A stretch of DNA of 44,503 bases from an uncultured Sphingomonadales bacterium. GTDB lineage: Bacteria > Pseudomonadota > Alphaproteobacteria > Sphingomonadales > Sphingomonadaceae. A program made the position numbers and the translations under genes. Within the stretch, counting starts at the first letter, position 1, and each line of letters opens with the position of its first letter. This document shows, one piece after another, positions 9,539 through 19,167 of the stretch. The notes under the pieces were generated by a model. That model was not told the DNA's origin and made no database searches. It worked only from the letters and a program-made list of their open reading frames with translations. The DNA is taken from assembly GCA_903911985.1 (NCBI GenBank), contig CAIWFP010000014.1, positions 1 to 44,503 of the forward strand, read 5' to 3'.

Positions 9539-10633
9539 TTGCCCAGCACCAGTGCCCCGGCATTCTTGCAGGGAATCAAGATACTTGACTTGTCCCAATA
9601 TATATCAGGCCCATTTGCCAGTCTTATGCTGGCGGATTTCGGCGCAGAGGTCATCAAGATCGAGCCACCCGCGGGCGACGCCATGCGCCAGCTCGGTCCA
9701 CGTTCACCAGACGGCGGCGCGCTGTACCATAGCGTGCTCAACGCGCAAAAATCAGTACTCCACCTCGATCTGAAAAGCGCGGCAGGGCTGGACCGGCTGC
9801 ACGCTCTGCTGGCGGATTGCGATGTCCTGATCGAGGGATTCCGTCCCGGCGCGATGGCCCGGCTGGGATTGTCGCATGACGATCTGAAAGCCAGGTATCC
9901 GCAATTGATCTATTGTTCGATCAGCGGTTATGGCGCCACCGGACCGCGCGCGCTGGACGCCGGTCATGATGGCAATTTCCTGGCTGGCAGCGGGATCATG
10001 GCACGCAATGGTGTCGATGCGCCGATCTTCTTTGATCCGCCGCTGGCCGACATGTCGGGCGGATTGCATGCGGCGATTGCCATTCTGGCCGCGCTGCACG
10101 GGCGCCAGGCAACGCAGCAGGGCACACACATCGATCTCGGGCTGGCCGATTCCCTGATGCCGTTGCAGCTTATGCAGGTTGCAGGCTGGTCGATCTATCG
10201 CACCGAAACGGCCCGCCAATCGACCTATCTAAACGGCGGGGCGGCCTATTATCAGATCTATGAAACGGCGGATCAGCGCCATATCATGGTCGGCGCGGTC
10301 GAACCGAAATTCTGGCGCAATTTGTGCGCGCTCGCCGGCCATGCCGAATGGATCGACCGGCAGGAAGATCCCTGCCCTCAGACCGATCTGCGCCTCGACG
10401 TTGCCCGCTATTTCCAGGGGTTGACGCTGGACGAGGCGATCGACCGCTTTGGCCGGTCCGACTGCTGCGTCAGCGCGGTGCATGACATGGGTGAAGCGCT
10501 GACCGACCCGCACCTGCTGGCGCGCGGTCTGGTGCAGTCTGGCCCCCAGGGGATGCAGACCGCGTTCCCTGCGCTGTTCGATGGCAAGCCCCTGCCGCTG
10601 CGCCGCCCGCCTGACCTTGGCGAGGCGCTCTGA
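9539..10633 (+). CDS. CaiB/BaiF family III CoA-transferase / racemase
   Basis: LQGIKILDLS, LADFGAEVIKIEPP.GD, EGFRPG, SISGYG.TGP and GHD. Confidence 0.9.
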   Translation: MPSTSAPAFLQGIKILDLSQYISGPFASLMLADFGAEVIKIEPPAGDAMRQLGPRSPDGGALYHSVLNAQKSVLHLDLKSAAGLDRLHALLADCDVLIEGFRPGAMARLGLSHDDLKARYPQLIYCSISGYGATGPRALDAGHDGNFLAGSGIMARNGVDAPIFFDPPLADMSGGLHAAIAILAALHGRQATQQGTHIDLGLADSLMPLQLMQVAGWSIYRTETARQSTYLNGGAAYYQIYETADQRHIMVGAVEPKFWRNLCALAGHAEWIDRQEDPCPQTDLRLDVARYFQGLTLDEAIDRFGRSDCCVSAVHDMGEALTDPHLLARGLVQSGPQGMQTAFPALFDGKPLPLRRPPDLGEAL

Positions 10634-10634
10634 C

Positions 10635-12260
10635 ATGGCGCAGAAAAGACCCCCGGCAACAGTCGATGCGCTGATTGTCGGCGCCGGGTTCGCCGGGCTG
10701 TACATGCTCCATTGCCTGCAGGCGCGGGGGTTTTCGGCGCATGTGATCGAGCTGGCCGATGACGTCGGCGGGGTGTGGCACTGGAACCGCTACCCCGGCG
10801 CGCGCTGCGATGTGCCGAGCCTGGAATATTCCTACTCGTTTTCCGACGACCTGGAACAGGAATGGCAGTGGACCGAACACTATGCCGGGCAAGCCGAAAT
10901 CCTGTCCTATCTGCGGCACGTGGCCAGCCGGTTTGACTTGCGCAAGGACATTTCGTTTTCAACCACGGTGCTGGCCGCGACCTTTGACGAAAGCGTGCAG
11001 CGCTGGACCGTGACCACCGACCGTGGCGACACCATATCCGCGCAGCATTGCGTGATGGCCACCGGATCACTGTCGGCCACGCGCCTGCCCGATCTTCCCG
11101 GCATTGCCGATTTTGCGGGAGAGATCTACCACACCGGGGCCTGGCCACACCATGATGTCGCATTTTCCGGCAAGCGCGTTGGCATAATTGGCACGGGGTC
11201 TTCGGGCGTGCAGGCCATACCCATGGTCGCGCGGGCTGCGGGAAACCTGACCGTGTTTCAGCGCACGCCGAACTTTGTCGTGCCTGCACACAACGGTCCG
11301 ATCGCCGCCGACCGGCGGAAGGATTGGCAGCAGAATTTTCGCGACTATCGCGCCAGGGCCAAACAGGTCGGCACGCTGTACGAATTCAGTGCAACCCCCG
11401 CCTTCGCCGTGTCGGACGACGTGCGCACCAGCGAATACCGCCGTCGCTGGGACAAGGGCGGGGTCAATTTCATGCACGCCTTCAGCGACCTGATGACCGA
11501 TCGCAAAGCCAACGAAACCGCCGCGGCCTTTGTCCGCGACCGGATCGGTGAGATCGTGCACGATCCGCTGGTGGCTGAACAGTTGTGCCCGCGCGACTAC
11601 CCCATCGGTACAAAGCGCATCTGTGTCGGCAGCCAGTACTACGAAACCTACAACCGCGACAACGTGACGCTGGTCAACTTGCGCGAAACGCCGGTCACGC
11701 AGATCAGTGTCGACGCCATCAGCACCGGCGCAGCGACCTATCCGATCGATGTACTGATCTGTGCGACGGGCTATGATGCCCTGACCGGCGCCCTGGCCCG
11801 CATCGACATTACCGGTTGCGAGGGCGAACGGCTGGCCGACAAATGGGCCGCCGGTCCGCGCAACTATCTTGGTCTGATGAGCGCCGGCTTTCCCAACCTG
11901 TTCATCGTGACCGGCCCGGGCAGCCCGTCGGTGCTGGTCAACATGGTGGTCGGCATCGAACACCATGTCGAATGGATTGCCAACTGCCTGACCGACCTGC
12001 GGGACCGTGCCGCGGCGTCGATCGTGCCTTTGCCGCAGGATGAGGACGGCTGGGTCCGCCACGTCAACGATGAAGCAGACAAGACACTGTTTCCTTTGGC
12101 AAATTCCTGGTATCTTGGCGCAAATATCCCGGGCAAGCCGCGCGTTTTTCTGCCCTTTGTCGGCGGGATTGGACGGTACCGAGCGATCTGTGATGAGGCC
12201 GCCCAGTCAGGCTATGCGGGCTTTGCAATTGCCCCTCAAAAACCCCGCAAGGACGCCTGA
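10635..12260 (+). CDS. Type I Baeyer-Villiger monooxygenase (BVMO-2)
   Basis: GAGFAG, WNRYPGARCD, fingerprint FAGEIYHTGAWP, GTGSSG, GTKRIC and SWYLGANIPGKPR. Confidence 0.93.
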   Translation: MAQKRPPATVDALIVGAGFAGLYMLHCLQARGFSAHVIELADDVGGVWHWNRYPGARCDVPSLEYSYSFSDDLEQEWQWTEHYAGQAEILSYLRHVASRFDLRKDISFSTTVLAATFDESVQRWTVTTDRGDTISAQHCVMATGSLSATRLPDLPGIADFAGEIYHTGAWPHHDVAFSGKRVGIIGTGSSGVQAIPMVARAAGNLTVFQRTPNFVVPAHNGPIAADRRKDWQQNFRDYRARAKQVGTLYEFSATPAFAVSDDVRTSEYRRRWDKGGVNFMHAFSDLMTDRKANETAAAFVRDRIGEIVHDPLVAEQLCPRDYPIGTKRICVGSQYYETYNRDNVTLVNLRETPVTQISVDAISTGAATYPIDVLICATGYDALTGALARIDITGCEGERLADKWAAGPRNYLGLMSAGFPNLFIVTGPGSPSVLVNMVVGIEHHVEWIANCLTDLRDRAAASIVPLPQDEDGWVRHVNDEADKTLFPLANSWYLGANIPGKPRVFLPFVGGIGRYRAICDEAAQSGYAGFAIAPQKPRKDA

Positions 12261-12262
12261 CG

Positions 12263-13183
12263 ATGGACCTTCACCCCATGCTGCAGGCCATGGTGGCCAA
12301 GGGCGCGCAGTTTCCGCCGCTCAGCAGCCTGACGCCGCAACAGATCCGCGCCGGTGATCTGGCTCGCTATGCCAAAGTGCCACGGCCGGACGTAGGCGAT
12401 GTTGAAGATCGCGCGATCGACGGCCCGCGCGGCGCCATTCGCATTCGCATCTATCGCCCTGACCTCGCGCCCGGTCACCCGGTCATCGTGTTCTTTCATG
12501 GCAGCGGGTTCGTCATCTGCAGCATCGATACACACGATGGCCTGTGCCGGCAGCTGTGCCGGCGCACCGGTGCCGTGGTGGTCTCGGTGGATTACCGCCT
12601 GGCCCCGGAAAACCCGTTCCCCGCCGGGCCCGATGATGCACTGGCCGCAACCCGCTGGGTTCATGGCCATGCTGCCAGTCTGGGCGCTGACCCTGCACGG
12701 CTGTTTCTGGCCGGCGACAGTGCGGGGGGCACGATGGCGCTGGTCACCGCAATCCGGTTGCGCGATGCCGGCGATGCCATCGTTGCCGGCCAGATCCTGA
12801 TGTATCCGGTCACAAACCATCCCGATCCGGCGCCACCGTCGTATGGCACGCGCGGCGCAGGATATGGCCTGTCGGGAGCCGACATGCACTATTTCTGGGG
12901 TCACTATCTCGCCAGTCCCGACGACGCCGCGCACCCGCATGCATCGCCTTTGCGCAACGCAAGTCTGGCCGGTCTGCCACCGACATACCTGATGATCGCG
13001 GAATATGATCCGTTGCGTGACGAAGCGCTGGCGCTGGCCGAACGCCTGACAACCGACGGCGGAGCCGTGACCTTGCGACACTATGACGACATGAACCACG
13101 GCTTCATGTCCTGGGTCGGCTTGCTCGATCGTGCCGACGAGGCGCTGGATGGCGCCTGCACCTGGCTGGCAGAACGGTCATGA
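12263..13183 (+). CDS. Alpha/beta hydrolase, family IV (HSL) esterase/lactonase
   Basis: HGSG (HGGG variant), GDSAGG nucleophile, DPLRDE and HGF. Confidence 0.9.
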   Translation: MDLHPMLQAMVAKGAQFPPLSSLTPQQIRAGDLARYAKVPRPDVGDVEDRAIDGPRGAIRIRIYRPDLAPGHPVIVFFHGSGFVICSIDTHDGLCRQLCRRTGAVVVSVDYRLAPENPFPAGPDDALAATRWVHGHAASLGADPARLFLAGDSAGGTMALVTAIRLRDAGDAIVAGQILMYPVTNHPDPAPPSYGTRGAGYGLSGADMHYFWGHYLASPDDAAHPHASPLRNASLAGLPPTYLMIAEYDPLRDEALALAERLTTDGGAVTLRHYDDMNHGFMSWVGLLDRADEALDGACTWLAERS

Positions 13184-14484
13184 CCCGGACCTTTGCCGTC
13201 ATTGGCGCCGGTGCTGGCGGGCTGTGCGCGGCGCGCCACCTGATCGCACAGGACATAGAGGTCGAAATTTTCGAACTGGGCTCACACATCGGTGGGCTGT
13301 GGGTTTACGAAAACGACAGCGGGATGAGCCCGGCCTATCAATCGCTGCACATCAATTCCGAAACCAAAGTCAGCACATTCACCGACTTTCCGTTTCCCGA
13401 CCCGGACATTCTCTATCCCGATCACGCGCAGATGGCGGACTATTTTGTCCGCTATGCCGATCATTTCGATCTGACGCGCAGGATCAGGTTCAGGCACGGC
13501 GTCCAGACGGTCGAACGCGTCGGTGCGCAATACCGGATAACCTTTCAATCGGGCGAATCCCGCCAGTTCGACGGGGTGGTGGTTGCGACCGGCCACCAGA
13601 GCGTGCCGCGCCACCCGCCCCAGGTTGCGGGTTTTGCCGGCACCTATCTGCATGCACACAGCTACCGAGTTCCCGCACCGTTTGCGGATCAGCGCGTGCT
13701 GGTGATCGGCCCGGGCAACAGCGGGGTCGATATTGCCGCAGATCTGTGCACGCATACAAAACTGACGACACTGTCGGCGCGGTCACCCGTGCTGATCATG
13801 CCACGCATGATGTTCGGCGCGCCCAATTCGCGCACCCTGCTCAAGCTGGAACAGCCGTTTCTGCCGTGGTCATGGCGGGTGTGGATCCGCACCCAATTGA
13901 CGCAGATATTCCATGGCAAAATGGAAAACTGGGGGTTCAGGACGCCAACAGGGCGGACGCATCCGATCAGCCACCCGACGCTGATTTCGCACATTGCCTG
14001 GCGCCGGATCGCGGTGAAGCCCGGGATTGCCGGGGTCAACGGGCATTCGGTGGTGTTTTCCGACGGGTGCGAGGAACACTTTGACGCGATCATCGCGGCC
14101 ACCGGTTACACCACCACGATCCCGTTTCTGGGCGATGACCTGTCACCGCTTTCACCCGGCAGCGCACAGCTGAAACTGTGGCAAAGGGTCGCGCATCCCG
14201 CGCACGACAGCCTGTATTTCATCGGCTTTTTCGATGTCACCGGGGGCAGCAACATCCGCATGATGGAAGACCAGGCCGCGTTCATCACCGCCATGGCAAC
14301 CGGCGCAGTGGCGCGGCCCGCCGAAGCGGAAATGAACGCCGCCATTGCCACCGAACAGGGGTGGATGGCTGGGCAATTTCCGCATTCGCCGCGTTACGGG
14401 CTGGAACTGGATCCGCGACGGTACCGATCGATGCTGGCGCGCAGTTATCGGCGCAACCGTGCCAAAAAGGGTGCGCGCGCGTGA
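13180..14484 (+). CDS. Flavin-containing monooxygenase (class B, FMO type)
   Basis: GAGAGG, FMO fingerprint FAGTYLHAHSY, GPGNSG and ATGY. Confidence 0.88.
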   Translation: MTRTFAVIGAGAGGLCAARHLIAQDIEVEIFELGSHIGGLWVYENDSGMSPAYQSLHINSETKVSTFTDFPFPDPDILYPDHAQMADYFVRYADHFDLTRRIRFRHGVQTVERVGAQYRITFQSGESRQFDGVVVATGHQSVPRHPPQVAGFAGTYLHAHSYRVPAPFADQRVLVIGPGNSGVDIAADLCTHTKLTTLSARSPVLIMPRMMFGAPNSRTLLKLEQPFLPWSWRVWIRTQLTQIFHGKMENWGFRTPTGRTHPISHPTLISHIAWRRIAVKPGIAGVNGHSVVFSDGCEEHFDAIIAATGYTTTIPFLGDDLSPLSPGSAQLKLWQRVAHPAHDSLYFIGFFDVTGGSNIRMMEDQAAFITAMATGAVARPAEAEMNAAIATEQGWMAGQFPHSPRYGLELDPRRYRSMLARSYRRNRAKKGARA

Positions 14485-14494
14485 CCACTCCGGC

Positions 14495-15154
14495 TTGCCT
14501 TGGCACACGCCTGTTGATAAACTCTCAATCAGGCATGGGGGCAGTGCAATTCTGATCAAGGACGAAGTTGCTGCGCTCAAACGCGAGCGCACGATCGAAG
14601 CAGCAGCCCTGCTGTTTTATGAGCATGGCTATGAGAAAACCACGATCGATGCCATCGCCATCCATATGGGGGTGACGAAGCCGTTCATTTACGCGCATTT
14701 CAAATCCAAGGCACAGTTGCTGGCGGAAATCTGCACACGCGGCGCAGCGATCTCGCTGCTGGCAATCAACGAAGCGCTAGCACTTGAGGTATCACAGATC
14801 GAAAAATTGCGCTATCTCGGTCGCCAGTTCGTGGTCGCAGTGCTGGAAAACCAACGCAATATCGCCGTGCTTACGCGCGAGGAGAAGCACCTCGACGGGC
14901 CTGATTTTGAACGGCTGAGCGGCCTGCGCCGCGAATTTGATCGCAAACTGGTGCAATTGCTCGACCACGGCGCAGCCGATGGCAGCTTTCACTTGCCCGA
15001 TACGCGCGTGGCCGCGCTGGCGATCGGCGGCCTTGTCAGCTGGGCCTATGTCTGGTTTCGACCGCATGGTCGCCTGACTATCGACGAGCTGGCAGGCACC
15101 ATTTCCGACCTGATCCTGGCCTTGGCCGGGGTCCGGGTGGAAACCCTGGCCTGA
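14495..15154 (+). CDS. TetR/AcrR family regulator (KstR2-like C-terminus), TetR-2; start uncertain
   Basis: HTH IEAAALLFYEHGYEKTTIDAIAIHMGVTKPFIYAHFKSK. C-terminal GLVSWAYVWFRPHGRL. No nearby in-frame ATG, so TTG 14495 is used. Confidence 0.8.
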   Translation: MPWHTPVDKLSIRHGGSAILIKDEVAALKRERTIEAAALLFYEHGYEKTTIDAIAIHMGVTKPFIYAHFKSKAQLLAEICTRGAAISLLAINEALALEVSQIEKLRYLGRQFVVAVLENQRNIAVLTREEKHLDGPDFERLSGLRREFDRKLVQLLDHGAADGSFHLPDTRVAALAIGGLVSWAYVWFRPHGRLTIDELAGTISDLILALAGVRVETLA

Positions 15155-15168
15155 CCGCAATCCCACAC

Positions 15169-15189
15169 CAGGTCGAACAGATCGACCTG
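15169..15189. terminator. Hairpin between convergent genes
   Basis: CAGGTCGA-acaga-TCGACCTG. No U-tract. Confidence 0.35.
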
Positions 15190-15290
15190 CGCCCGAAACC
15201 GTGCACGCGCGGGAGGGGAAAACGCCGGGGGGTCTGCGGCAATGGACCGCTCGCTCCTGGCCGGTAGTGCGGCATTGTCAGCGCGACACT

Positions 15291-16523
15291 TTACCGCGAT
15301 CGTGGCGGGCCCAGGCTGTCGCGCAAATGCGGATCGGCAATGTCGGCAATGCGCCGTGCCCGCTCGGTGAAATCGGTGGCACGGATATCGGCGATGCCGT
15401 GCTCGGTCACGATCACGTCCACATCGCTTTGCGCGGACGTGACATAGCCGCAGGCGATGCGGGGGACGATGCGGCTTTTGTCGCTGCGCTCGTTGGCGGA
15501 TGGCAGGGCAAGGATGGCAAGTCCGCCGGAGGAACGGCGTGCCGCCCGGAAATAGTCCGGCTGGCCACTGGAAGCACCGATATAGCGTTCGCCCAGAAAT
15601 TCGGCATTGACCTGGCCGCGCAAGTCAACCTCGATCCCGGAATTGATCGCCATGAACGGCGATCCTGCGATCGGTACCACAAGATCGGAGGGCATGGCGA
15701 AGCCCAGCACGCCATCCTCTGCCACCTTGCGGTAGAAACCGGCACTGCCAACCGCCAGCGACGCCAGGCATGATCCGGCATCGGTACGATCAATCGCGCC
15801 GGCCGACAGCAGGTGGTCAAACCATTCGCCGACCATGCCCGACCGGATGCGCAGCCCGCGCCGGTCTGCCAGGGCATGCGCAATCGCATCGGACAGCCGC
15901 CCGATACCCAGTTGCACGGTGGCGCCATCGGGCACCAGCCGGGCAACATGCGCGGCGATCTGCGCCTGCACGCCACCAACCGGTTCGGCCGGCCATTCGG
16001 GCAAGGGTGTATCGCTGTGCAGCGCAACCACCACTTCGCTGGCATGGAGGCGGCAGTGGTTGCGCGTAACCGGAATGCGCGCGTTCACTTCGACCACAAC
16101 CACCCGTGCCACGCGCGTCGCTTCCCAGACATAGTCGGCGGTGAAACCAAGGCTGTGGAAACCGTCCGCATCGGCTGGTGAGACCTGCAATAGGACCACA
16201 TCGACAGGCAAGGCCTGCGACACAAGTGCCGCGCTCAATTGCGACATCGAAAACGGAATGACGCGCGCACCGTCACGGGCGAGAAGCGGCCCCATCGCGC
16301 CGAGGCCACAATACGTGGTCACCGCCAGATCGGCAGGCACCCCGGACTTCCACGCCGGATTGTGCGAAAATCCGCAGAACACCGACAGCCGGGCCAGTCG
16401 CGGCGCAACGTCGAACAGGGCTGTGACCAGCCCGATCGGCTCCGCCGTCGCCTGCCCCACGATCACCCTGTCGCCCGGACGCAGATGGTCCATCAAAACG
16501 TCGACGGGATGATGCGTGTTCAC
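15291..16523 (-). CDS. Acetyl-CoA hydrolase/transferase family (4-hydroxybutyrate CoA-transferase-like)
   Basis: LLQVSPADADGFHSLG, VPDGATVQLGIG, INSGIEVDLRGQVNAE, GQPDYFRAA and VIVTEHGIAD. Confidence 0.85.
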   Translation of the reverse strand: MNTHHPVDVLMDHLRPGDRVIVGQATAEPIGLVTALFDVAPRLARLSVFCGFSHNPAWKSGVPADLAVTTYCGLGAMGPLLARDGARVIPFSMSQLSAALVSQALPVDVVLLQVSPADADGFHSLGFTADYVWEATRVARVVVVEVNARIPVTRNHCRLHASEVVVALHSDTPLPEWPAEPVGGVQAQIAAHVARLVPDGATVQLGIGRLSDAIAHALADRRGLRIRSGMVGEWFDHLLSAGAIDRTDAGSCLASLAVGSAGFYRKVAEDGVLGFAMPSDLVVPIAGSPFMAINSGIEVDLRGQVNAEFLGERYIGASSGQPDYFRAARRSSGGLAILALPSANERSDKSRIVPRIACGYVTSAQSDVDVIVTEHGIADIRATDFTERARRIADIADPHLRDSLGPPRSR

Positions 16524-16535
16524 GGACCGGTGGCC

Positions 16536-17663
16536 TTATGCCGCGCCCGGCTTGATTGCGAGATGGTCGGGCAGCCGGCCGGCAATCGTCAGCGTCATGC
16601 TGCCGGTGCCATGGCTGGTTTCGCCATCGCGCGCCACTGTGATCGCCACCGGCTGGATGCGGTGCCAGTGTTCCTTTGCCGTGCCATCGGGATAGACGAC
16701 CTTCGCCGGATGCGAGACGTCCCAGCTGTCATGTTCCAGCACCAGTTCACCGCGCCAGGCGCCCAGACCGCGCCCATCGTTGAAACCGCCGCTATAGCCC
16801 AGCCCCTGCATTGCCACCGCCGACCCTTGCGCCAGCACATCGATCTGCAGGGTCGCGCCATTTTCCAGCGCGACTGCCAGGCTGGCCGTACGAAATCGGC
16901 GTGTGCCCTCGTGCAGGTCCACTTCCAGCGTAACATCGGCCACCGCGCTGGTGTGATGCGTTGCGCGATCGGTGATCACGCCCGTGGTGTACGGCGCATC
17001 ATCGCCGCGCCGTTGCAGCAGGATGGTGCCGCTGAGTGTATCTGTCGAAAAGAACAGGAAGGACATCACATGGCCCTTGTCCGCCAGCGCCAGCTTTGGC
17101 CCGGTCACCGGTTCGGGCACGCCCATCCCGCGCCGCACCCCCCACGAATGGTCCCGGCACGACCACCACCGGTCGAATTCAATCCGGTTGCCGGCAATTT
17201 CCAGATATCCGCTGGCCACGCCGATCTGGTCGAACCGGCGATAATCCTCGACCGTGCGGGATTGCAGACGGGTGTAGTGGGGATGTTCTTCGCGCGCCGG
17301 CTCCACGCATTCCCAGCGGATATGGCCATGCAGCGTGGCCTCACCCGGTTCGATCCGGATATCGAACGATTTCAGCGGTTCGATCGGCTGGATACGGATC
17401 GGGCCGCAAACGGTTTCGACGCTGCCACCAAGCGAACGCGAAACGCGCAGATTGTGCTGTTTGCCATCGACGATCATCACCACCGCCGCATCGAGCACAT
17501 TCATGTTGCGATAGGCACCCATCGTCACCTGGATCGCCACGCGCCCGTCGCCCGAATAGATCGCAAACCAGTACCGGTCGAAAAACCGGGGATCGCTGGT
17601 CCACACATGGTCAAACGTGGTTGGCAACTGGTGCCACAGGGTATCGTCCATAGCGGTCAGCAT
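16536..17663 (-). CDS. Conserved hypothetical protein, aromatic/beta-rich (possibly AttH/tocopherol-cyclase-like fold)
   Basis: 375-aa ORF with typical codon usage in a tightly coupled operon. Motifs SDPRFFDRYWF and RDHSWGVR. Confidence 0.7.
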   Translation of the reverse strand: MLTAMDDTLWHQLPTTFDHVWTSDPRFFDRYWFAIYSGDGRVAIQVTMGAYRNMNVLDAAVVMIVDGKQHNLRVSRSLGGSVETVCGPIRIQPIEPLKSFDIRIEPGEATLHGHIRWECVEPAREEHPHYTRLQSRTVEDYRRFDQIGVASGYLEIAGNRIEFDRWWSCRDHSWGVRRGMGVPEPVTGPKLALADKGHVMSFLFFSTDTLSGTILLQRRGDDAPYTTGVITDRATHHTSAVADVTLEVDLHEGTRRFRTASLAVALENGATLQIDVLAQGSAVAMQGLGYSGGFNDGRGLGAWRGELVLEHDSWDVSHPAKVVYPDGTAKEHWHRIQPVAITVARDGETSHGTGSMTLTIAGRLPDHLAIKPGAA

Positions 17664-17666
17664 AAG

Positions 17667-18131
17667 TCAGGTCCTGGCAGAAGATGGGGCGGACGGCGCG
17701 ACGGTCGGCACATACCGCATGGGCACGCGTGAAGCCCGTTCGATCATGAAGCGTTCAACCGCAGCACGCATGGCCAGGGACAGATCGGGGCAGACCACCG
17801 CTTCGGCCAGCAGGCCGCGCAACAGGCCGTTGTGCCCATCAAGCGCGGCCGGATCATCGATATCGGTTGGCGGCGCTGCATGTGCGGCAGCGATACGTGA
17901 CACAAGCTCTGGTGGCAGGGCGGGACACAGCGAAACCAGCAGGTGCAGCGTAGCGGCGTTGTCAGCCCGCAGAAATCCGGCAACCTTTGGCTGCGCTTCG
18001 GCCAACATGCGCAAATTCGCGATCAGATTGTCGAGAATGGTCCGCGCCAGCGGGTCCGCCACGCACGGCGCAACCACCGTTCCCAGAATGCGGCAGGTGC
18101 CGTGCAGCTGTTCTTCGACGGTCGGTCTCAA
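17667..18131 (-). CDS. Small helical hypothetical protein (possible LvaB/DUF6285-like kinase partner)
   Basis: TTG start overlaps the kinase stop (TTGA), giving MRPTVEEQLHGTCRILGTVVAP. Function inferred from position only. Confidence 0.6.
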   Translation of the reverse strand: MRPTVEEQLHGTCRILGTVVAPCVADPLARTILDNLIANLRMLAEAQPKVAGFLRADNAATLHLLVSLCPALPPELVSRIAAAHAAPPTDIDDPAALDGHNGLLRGLLAEAVVCPDLSLAMRAAVERFMIERASRVPMRYVPTVAPSAPSSART

Positions 18132-19159
18132 CGCAACCCCTCCATCATCGTCAGCATCGGCCGAAACAACCATGACGGCGTCTGAAACACCCGGTCATAG
18201 CGCCCGGCGACGAATTCACTGACCGCGGTCAGCTGGATCACCGCCAGTTTCCAGCACGAAAACAGGTTCCACCAGGTTAGCTCAGCCTCGCTGACGGCGT
18301 GGCCGGTCAAGCGCGCATAGGCCTCGACAATCTGTGCACGTTCCCAATGGCCGGCGATCTGGTGTTCGCGTCTGCGTACCGGATTGGTGATCCAGCCAAG
18401 GTCTTCCAGCGGATCGCCCAGATGCGCGGTTTCCCAATCCAGCTTGGCGGTGATGCGATTTCCTTCGACCAGCGCATTGCCGGGTTTGAAATCGCCATGG
18501 ACAAGGACAATCGCCCGGGCAGCCGGGGCGGTACGCGCCAGGCCGGCCAGGATGTAATCGAGCTCGGGATGCGGTTCGAGCTGTACCCGGCGATATTCGG
18601 TTTCCCACCGGGTCAGTTCATGGCGCGATGGCATTCCCGCTGGCAGGCCAAGCGTATCGCCCAGGCCCTGTGCCTGCCAGTCCACCGCCTGGATATCGAC
18701 CAGCAGGTCGAGAAACGCACGCGCCAGGCCCAGCCGCTCTGCCAGTGGCCGATCGCCGTTAAGCACCATGTAATCGCAATGCCCGGCCACGCGCTCCATC
18801 ACCACCGCGGGCGCGCCCAGGAACCGGCCATCCGGGTCCATCCAGTGCACCTTGGGCGCGGCCACGGCGCTTGGCTCCAGCGCCTTGAGAATGGCGAATT
18901 CGCACGTGCGCTCGGTCTTGAGCAGAGTTCCGGCGGCGTCGCGCATCAGCATCAACCGATGCGCGTGATGGCCATCCGCGTCGGTCCAGCTGGCATCCAG
19001 CGACCAGTTTTCGCGCGACAGGCCGCCCGCCGACCGGGTCAGACCGGAAAACCGGATGTCGCGCGCAGAGGGCATTGCGTGCTGCATCAACTGATGCAGG
19101 CCGGTGCTGACCCGCCCGGCCACGTCCTGCGCGGTGTCGGGCAAAGCCGCGTTCGTCAT
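18128..19159 (-). CDS. APH-family phosphotransferase (ACAD10/11 N-terminal / LvaA-like)
   Basis: GGLSRE, VMERVAG, LVHGDFKPGN and LDWETAHLGDPLEDLGW. Confidence 0.88.
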   Translation of the reverse strand: MTNAALPDTAQDVAGRVSTGLHQLMQHAMPSARDIRFSGLTRSAGGLSRENWSLDASWTDADGHHAHRLMLMRDAAGTLLKTERTCEFAILKALEPSAVAAPKVHWMDPDGRFLGAPAVVMERVAGHCDYMVLNGDRPLAERLGLARAFLDLLVDIQAVDWQAQGLGDTLGLPAGMPSRHELTRWETEYRRVQLEPHPELDYILAGLARTAPAARAIVLVHGDFKPGNALVEGNRITAKLDWETAHLGDPLEDLGWITNPVRRREHQIAGHWERAQIVEAYARLTGHAVSEAELTWWNLFSCWKLAVIQLTAVSEFVAGRYDRVFQTPSWLFRPMLTMMEGLR

Positions 19160-19167
19160 GGGCAGGG

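Noticed and set aside
14502-14517. Operator A half-site (CTGTTGA) before TetR-2
   Set aside because: The left half GGCAC does not match TCAAC. Too weak.
16239-17732. 497-aa + strand ORF (and similar long antisense ORFs such as 31927-33327, 35244-36623 and 25681-26763)
   Set aside because: Each is antisense to a well-supported gene and has shadow-ORF composition.
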